Shown one piece after another: positions 56,532 to 64,000 of a stretch of DNA of 64,000 nucleotides. Each line of letters opens with the position of its first letter. The first letter of the stretch is position 1. A program made the position numbers and the translations under genes. Source of the stretch: Eledone cirrhosa (taxonomy: Eukaryota); assembly GCA_964016885.1 (NCBI GenBank), contig OZ024748.1, forward strand, positions 55,800,001 through 55,864,000, written 5' to 3'. The notes below the pieces were generated by a model. It worked only from the letters and a program-made list of their open reading frames with translations. It was not told the origin of the DNA and did not search any database.

Positions 56532-57324
56532 TAGAATTGGCGCTATGAAATAGCGCTATATATATATGAATGTATATATAGTGTATTTTGCAATACACTG
56601 TATGCTTAATTAAAAGCATTTCGAAGACCTTACGCTATTGTTTTAGAGTAGTGACAGTCTCACTTACTTTTAATTTTCAGCAAATAGGGGAGATAAAGCC
56701 GACATAGCTGTGTTTCGTACTGATTGGTACTTATCAAAGCCAAGTACTCCACCTGTTTGCTGAAAATTATAAATGTTTGATTCTTATAGAATTTCTAGTA
56801 ATAATCAGGAACTGATTATACAGAGCGGTTGCCGGTCAAGAAGAAATTGAAAATTAGAATTGGCGCTCTGAAATAGCGATATATATATGAATGTATATAT
56901 AGTGTATTTTGCAATACACTGTATGCTTAATTAAAAGCATTTCAGAGCGCCAATTCTAATTTTCAATTTCTGCTTGACCGGCAACCGCTCTGTATAATCA
57001 GTTCCTGATTAATACTAGAAATTCTATAAGAATCAAACATTCATGATTTTCAGCAAACAGGTGGAGTACTTGGCTTTGATAAGTACCAATCAGTACGAAA
57101 CACAGCTATGTCGGCTTTATCTCCCCTGTTGCTGAAAATTAAAAGTAAGTGAGACTGTCACTACTCTAAAACAATAGCGTAAGGTCTTCGAAATGGTTTT
57201 AATTAAGCATACAGTGTATTGCAAAATACACTATATATACATTAATATATATATCGGTATTTCAGAGCGCCAATTCTAATTTTCATTTTCTGCTTGACCG
57301 GCAACCGCTCTGTATAATCAGTTC

Positions 57325-57328
<4 letters not shown>
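56528..57328. mobile_element. Non-coding HHR element family B: ~320-bp unit, two >1-unit arms in inverted orientation
   Basis: ttagaattggcgct at 56531 and 56854; tttcagagcgcc at 56940 and 57260; arms join near 56940; TA flanks. Confidence 0.9.
57072..57116 (+). ncRNA. Type I HHR motif, U3:A8 core (family B)
   Basis: ggct TTGATAA gtac-caatca-gtac GAAAC acagctat GTC ggct; same motif on - strand at 56697-56741. Confidence 0.8.
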
Positions 57329-57394
<66 letters not shown>

Positions 57395-57406
57395 CAGAGA
57401 GATAGA

Positions 57407-57752
57407 TAGTAATAATAGTAATTTTGAAGACTAAAGTCCCAAGAAGGCTCGATAAGGATAATATATATATAAAATATATATATATATATATATTTATATA
57501 TACATATATATATAGATAGATATATAGTAATAATAGTAATTTTGAAGACTAAAGTCAGAAGAGTGCTCGATAACGATAATTTATATATAAAATCTAAAAA
57601 AAAACCATAGAGCAAATCCATAGTTCGGATCTAGCTGTCGAAACGGCCGGAGCTCAGCCGTCGGGGTCCTGACTCTTTTCCTATTACCCACCCTATTACC
57701 CTAAGTATCGAGTATTCTGGTGCGTTATGGTCCACCTGCTTTCTTACCACAC
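57407..57752 (+). mobile_element. Family A longer copy with duplicated 5' segment
   Basis: tagtaataatagtaattttgaagactaaagtc occurs twice, then gctgtcgaaacggccggagctcagccgtcggggtc and the tail. Confidence 0.8.
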
Positions 57753-57911
57753 GTTCTTTGTGATATTGTGATGTATATGTATATATATATATACACACAC
57801 ACACTCACACTAAGGAAGTTTCGGATGAATGCTTCTATTACAACAAAACACAAACGCACAACCACACACACAAACACACACGCACATATATATGTATATA
57901 TATATATATAT

Positions 57912-57967
<56 letters not shown>

Positions 57968-58676
57968 GGAGAGATATGGGACTATTGCATCTCTATTTTG
58001 TTGTAAAAGAAAGATTCGTCCACCATTTTCTTAATAAATAACCTTGTTGAATACTACCTCGTTAACGTAACCACATATGTGCTAGTTCATACTAATAATA
58101 ATTATAAAGGTTTACTATAAATATAGTTTTGGAATTGAAAGACTGATCAGGAGAGCATACGATAAAATATTCTTAAAATCACCGAGTTCATATTGTTTTC
58201 AAGCAGTAGAAGAGAGCAGATACAGCTAATTGTGAAACTGAACTTAAATTCTGGTGAATAGTTAGAAAAATTTCGCGTATCTTTTACTTAGAAATCTATT
58301 TAACCTTATACGAGGCAATGATTCAATTAATTGCTTTGAAAATGAATGTTCTGTTATGAAGCCTTTGTTTAATCTGAATAGTTATAATGTATATTGTTAC
58401 TTTTGCATTATGATATTAAATAGATGATCTTAAATGAGGTCGAAGAATAATCGTATTTTATCAAGTAAACATCGTATTCTGGTCACAATGCGAAGAAAAT
58501 AGCGGAATTACATTAACTAGAGACAATTACATTAAAATTTAGACTATATTTGTGCATATTCCAAAAGAACACTTGCACTTATCTGACACCAGACTACACT
58601 CTCTCTTTCTCTCTCTAAATGCATCCTTGTATGTTGTCTTCTTTTGAAAATTAAACAGGGTATGGGGAAATTTAGA

Positions 58677-58727
<51 letters not shown>

Positions 58728-58998
58728 GTGTGTGTGCGTGAGAGAGATAGACGAATAAATTTGATATCAGATTATGGAAAAGCAAGTATTATAAAGAGAA
58801 ATATGTAAGACTAATGAAATATGTGTTAATATAACTAGCCAGGGATGATTAGAAAATGAAGGCGTCCATAAATTAGAACAATGAGACGTAACATATTATT
58901 CAATTGTAAACACAAATAATATATTTGAATATAAATTGTCACAACCATTCAACTGAAAACTCATTAAAATATATGTGCATGATTGCACAGTATTACAT

Positions 58999-59060
<62 letters not shown>

Positions 59061-59128
59061 GCTGGAAAATGGAACGAGGAACAGTCGAATATATATTTTC
59101 CTGTTTCTCTCTTTCTCTCTCTCCGTAC

Positions 59129-59175
<47 letters not shown>

Positions 59176-59184
59176 ATATATATA

Positions 59185-59362
59185 TAACGAAGGAATTGTG
59201 GCAAGGAACCAGATGGACCCTAACGCACCAGAGTACTCAATACTTAGGGTAGTAGAGTGGGTAATAGGAAAAAGTATGACTCCGACGGCAGAGCTCATGC
59301 CGTTTCAGAAATAGCCGTCGAAACGGCTTGAGCTCTGCCGTCGGGGGTCATACTTTTTCCTA
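59185..59362 (-). mobile_element. Family A fold-back copy
   Basis: Same tail, with inverted arms centred near 59308; TA flanks. Confidence 0.85.
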
Positions 59363-59364
59363 TA

Positions 59365-59410
<46 letters not shown>

Positions 59411-59689
59411 ATTGTGCGTGTGTGTGTCTGTTGTGTTTTGTGATTGCGTTTAATCATTCGGATCTGATACAAGAATGAGTAAAATGCTTTTATATACATG
59501 TTTCTGTATGAAACAAATAAACGTATTCGTCTTCATAGACAGCTTCGATCCATGCTGCTGCTTAAATTTTATGTAGTATTTTCTGTTGCCGTACTCAGCA
59601 TGTTTGGTGTGTGGCTATTTTATTATTTGCGAAATTAGAACACGGTCAATTGGAAGTATCGGTAAAGTCTCGTAAAACATGTTATGTGT

Positions 59690-60480
59690 AATTTGCGTAC
59701 GGCTTTAATCGCTTTGAGTTGAAATGTCACCGAGATTGGTTTGGTTTTCATCCATGCAGGGGTCGATAACATAATGTACCAATTGTGCACTGAGGAAGCC
59801 AAACTCTCCAAGCACCGGTCGCACTCCGACAGTTTCGTGGTCGTTCCCTTGGACGTGGAGACTTCTGGTGTCCTAGGCCCTGGGCTACCTCCCTACTCAC
59901 CACCATAGACACTGAGCTGGTCAGCCGCAGGTGTGAGCCTCGCGAGTGGGAATGGCTCTTCCAGCGCATCTCCCTTACCATTCTGTCTGCCGGGGCTGTG
60001 TGTGTGTGTCAGCACATCGCCTTCTCCATTCCGTCCGCCGGGGCTGTGTGTGTGGGGGGGGGGGGGGTGCAGCACGTGGGGACGATTTGCTCACCACACG
60101 GAGAGATGGGGAGCGCTAGAGAGATGGAGGCGATGACAGTGGGAGTTAGGCTCTTCCACCTTCGGACCATATCCTTGTGGTTGATTTCATCAAGCCCTAG
60201 TGCAGTAATGAAATCTGTGCCTTGTACTAACTGTCAATGCTATTGTTGCAAATTCCACCACCCTCCGTCGATTTAATATTCAGTATTTCCCGGCATCGAA
60301 GTCGCTACTTTTTATCTAATGTAAGGAAGCCGAAGGTTGTTTATTATTTTGTTTTTTTTTCTAAAATTTTGGGTTGTCAAAATTAGGGTGCGTCCTCGAG
60401 GCGTCCTCGGCGCCGTGAAATACGGTATATTCGCTTTCCTTTCGAATTGCTGGCCTAGTGCCAAAAGTATAAACAATTAT
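59690..60480 (+). mobile_element. Degraded long-form SINE family 1 split by two insertions
   Basis: Core ending tgcactgagg (~59795); gtcgatttaa (~60267); tail aattgctggcctagtgccaaaagtataaacaatt (~60445-60478). Confidence 0.6.
60281..60425. mobile_element. pogo/Tc2-like MITE
   Basis: Left end cagtatttcccggcatcgaagtcgc vs right-end reverse complement ccgtatttcacggcgccgaggacgc; TA on the right. Confidence 0.65.
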
Positions 60481-61262
60481 TTCTAAAGTTATCAAAAGCG
60501 ACTCCGGTACACCTGCATATAATTGTGTTCATGTTGCGGATAAAAACAAAGAAAGGTATACATTATATGATGTTTCAATTCTGGTTATATTTTCGGGGCA
60601 TTTTCTCTGCTCATGGTGCCATTGACTGGGTAAGAAATTATATACAGGACGTATCAACAGTTCTATAGATCGAAATACAGTACCATCCACTGCCATCCAT
60701 GTAGCATATTTATTGAATTTCTACAGCTGCTATCAATATATCATTAACGATATTGGAATAGAGACACATATACACACACCTAAGTCTATATATACAATTA
60801 TACACTACATATTTCACACATGTACACAGACATATATAAATATGTGCATTCTTTCATAGGCGCATCGGATCATGAAACACGCAAAACATGCACACATGTT
60901 CACACATTTCTATATTCACATCATTCTACATCATCAGCCGTTGCCATGTCTAAGATGACTCCATTTTCTCGTTCTCAATTACTTGTATATGGAAGCTAAT
61001 TTAAGATTTATGACTAATTTTGAGATGTTTTCAACTTTAATTGGAACAGAGGGGTTATATTTCAAACAACAACAAAAAAAGGCAACAAATCGACAACTAC
61101 AATCAACAACATCAATAAAATCGTAAAAGTAATATGATCGCAAGCAACAACAAAAACAGAAACAATAACTATAATATCAACAGCAGTGATATAAATAAAT
61201 GCAAATTTGAGATTCGTGTTTATATTTAAATAGAGATAAAAATATAATTACTAATAATGCAA

Positions 61263-61315
<53 letters not shown>

Positions 61316-61599
61316 TTTGATGACGTTAATGACGAATATGTTGTTACGAAACTTTAAAATAATACGGCAGCTATGAAGGCAAATAAAAGTAGAAGTAATA
61401 TAACAAATATAAATAAAATAACAAGTTGATCACTAACAACGAGGTGAGTGATAATTACAACATGAAAACCTATTATATTATTGGAATGTTAACATTCTAA
61501 TAGTGCAATAAAGTGATCTTTTGACACATCTACTGCTCCAGCACCAACCAGTAGCCGCCATAACTGTTATAACTGCGGTAACAAACGGGATGAAATAAA

Positions 61600-62612
61600 C
61601 ATGTTGATGGTGTTGAAGGTGGCGGCTGTGGTGTTGATATTGACGAAATTGATGATGGCGATGATGGTACTGATGTTGATGATGGGATAAAGAAGGTGAC
61701 GATGGTGATGAAGATAATGATTGGTGATGATGGTGATGATGTTGATGATTGGGATAGAGATGGTGATGATGCTGATGAAGTTAACGATTGATGGTGATGA
61801 TAATGATAATGATGGTGATGATGAGGCTGATGTGGATGATGATGATGATTGGGATAAAGATGATGATGGTGATGATGAAGATAATTGTTTCTACTTTTGG
61901 CACAAGGCCAGCAATCAACTAGTGTATTACTGGTACTTTATTTTCTCGACCCTGTAAGGATGAAAGGTAAAGTTAACCTCGTCGGGACTTGAACTCAGAT
62001 CGTAAAGGGACGTAACTACGCTGGAAAGCTACGAATACTGCCAATTCACCGCGGTGATGATGAAGATAATGATGGTGTTGATGAGGCTGATGTTGATGAT
62101 TGGGATAAAGATGGTGATGATGGTGATGATGATAGTGATTGGTGATGATGGTGAAGAAGGTGATGATGGTGATGATGAAGCTACTGTTGATGATTGGGAT
62201 AATGATGGTGATGATGGTGATGATGATTGGACATGAAGATGACTGGGACAAGGATGATGATGATGATGAGGAAGATGATGACTGATAATGATGGTGATGA
62301 TGAATGATGGTGATGATGTGATGATTTCTGTGACAGAGATGATGATGGAGAAGAAGTTGATGATGGTGATGGTAATGGAGATGGTGATGGTGGAGATGGT
62401 GGAGATGGTGGAGATGATGATTGGTGATGTTGATGATGATGATGATGATGATGAGCGTAATGGAGATGATGATGATGGAGATAATGATTGGTGAAGATGG
62501 CAATGATTGGTGGAGATGGTGATTCGTGATGATGATGGTGGTGATGGAGATGAAGATAATGATGGTGATGATGATTGTGAGGGTGATGTTGGTGAAAGTC
62601 ATGCTGATGATG
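61600..62612. repeat. Degenerate (GAT/GGT)n low-complexity tract
   Basis: Direct reading; interrupted by a SINE. Confidence 0.92.
61886..62052 (-). mobile_element. SINE family 1 with 18-bp TSD
   Basis: ggtgatgatgaagataat at 61868 and 62053. Confidence 0.9.
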
Positions 62613-62836
62613 TGGAAAGTGAAGGAAATACACTCACACGATACATCACCACTTACCCCTCCCCCAGCACCTTACTGACACATTCCCGAATTAATCACAC
62701 AGGAAACCTCCATAGACGTTAAAACTATCTGTAATCACAGGACTCATCTCTTCCATTTCAATATACACGTAATATAACTAAAATGGTGGTAATGGGGATT
62801 GCCTTTTATTATTAGGTTGGTGGTGTTGGTGATTAT

Positions 62837-62875
<39 letters not shown>

Positions 62876-63264
62876 TGTTGCTAATGATGGCAGTAGAGTG
62901 GTGGCGGTGTTGAAGTAGTAGTTGTTTTTATTGTCGATGTCTTTGAAGATAGATTTGTTGGGTGTAATGGGGAAGAAGATTTTCCTGAGTGTGGTAGTGA
63001 TAGAGGTGATGAAAGATTTTTAGTAGTGGTAGTGTAGTTTTAAAATTACTTTTCTATTATTCAGGTGAATAGTTTTAATTTTATGATAAAATTCGTAAAG
63101 GTGATGTTAATGATTCACTTATAATGGCGTAGAGGAAAATGGTATTTATTCTGTAAATTGTTTTGTTGAGAAGTAGTTAGATTTCGTTATTCGTATTGCT
63201 AGTAATATTACGTTAGTGGGTTTTAATCGTGTTATGGCTTCTATTGTTGTAATTATTTGTAGAT

Positions 63265-63482
63265 CGGTGGCTTGGCAGTATCGGTAGGGAGTCAGACACC
63301 ATGCTTTGCAGCATAGAGTTATGGTCCTTTATGGTGTGAGTTCAAATTCCGCCGAGGTTAAATTTGCATTTCATCCTTACAGGATCGATAAAATAAAGTA
63401 CCAGTAACGCACTGTGGTCTATTTAATCGAGTTTCCCCCTCCCCTAAAAATGCTGGCCTTGTTTCTATATAAGAAAACATTA
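63265..63482 (+). mobile_element. SINE family 1, long form
   Basis: Head, core, internal atttaatcgagtttccccctcccc segment, tail. Confidence 0.88.
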
Positions 63483-63584
63483 TTATAATTATTTGTATGG
63501 AGAATATGGCAATAATGTATTAATTTGATATTGATGTGGTTTTGAAAGTCTAGTAATATCAATGAGATAGTTTGTGAAGTAATA

Positions 63585-63786
63585 TTGGTTTCTTATATAG
63601 GCACAAGGTCAACAATTTTGGAGGAGGGACAAGTCGATTAAATCGAACACAGTGCGGGAATGATACTTTATTTTATCGACCCCCGTAAGGATGAAAGGTG
63701 AAGTTAACCTCAGATCATTAAGGCCGTAATTCTATGCTGCAAAGCGTGGCGTCCGACCCTCTACCGATTCTGCCATTCCACCGCCT
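63585..63786 (-). mobile_element. SINE family 1, long form
   Basis: Reverse complement of head, core and long-form segment. Confidence 0.85.
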
Positions 63787-63865
63787 TGTTTTGTGAAGTT
63801 GTAATAGTAATAGTGGCGGTAATAGTAGACGTTCTCGTGGTGATGATGGGGGTTTCTGCTGAATA

Positions 63866-64000
63866 ATAATTGTTTCTACTTTTGGCACAAGGCCAGCAAT
63901 TACTCAGTGCATTACTGGTACTTTATTTTATCGAACCCGTAAGGATGAAAGGCAAAGTTAACCTCTGCAGGATTTGAACTCGGAATGGCAAGGACCGTAA
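63866..64000 (-). mobile_element. SINE family 1, cut by the window end
   Basis: Tail, core and B box. Confidence 0.88.

Noticed and set aside
61973-62633. His/Ser/Asp-rich ORFs
   Set aside because: (GAT)n low-complexity tract interrupted by a SINE

Overview
AT-rich eukaryotic non-coding DNA saturated with (TA)n/(CA)n/(GA)n microsatellites. The SINE content and TA density suggest a cephalopod (Octopus-like) genome, but that is an inference. Nearly all ORFs in the track are microsatellite artefacts, and I find no confident host exon. Real content: two 5'-truncated Penelope-like elements (PLEs) with GIY-YIG endonuclease, one heavily decayed PLE, two RTE-type LINE fragments, about 20 tRNA-derived SINE copies, two Tc1/mariner-type MITEs and a 23-bp minisatellite. 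The main signal is a set of apparently distinct short, non-coding elements inserted into (TA)n tracts as fold-back and/or partial tandem copies. Six of these families, plus both PLE ends, carry hand-foldable type I hammerhead ribozyme (HHR) motifs. The cores are CUGAUGA, the compensated U3:A8 variant UUGAYAA and the U4C variant CCGANGA, usually with palindromic stem III, and two families show stem covariation between copies. This looks like a multi-family, microsatellite-targeting retrozyme / non-autonomous PLE community. All folds were done by eye and none has been tested.
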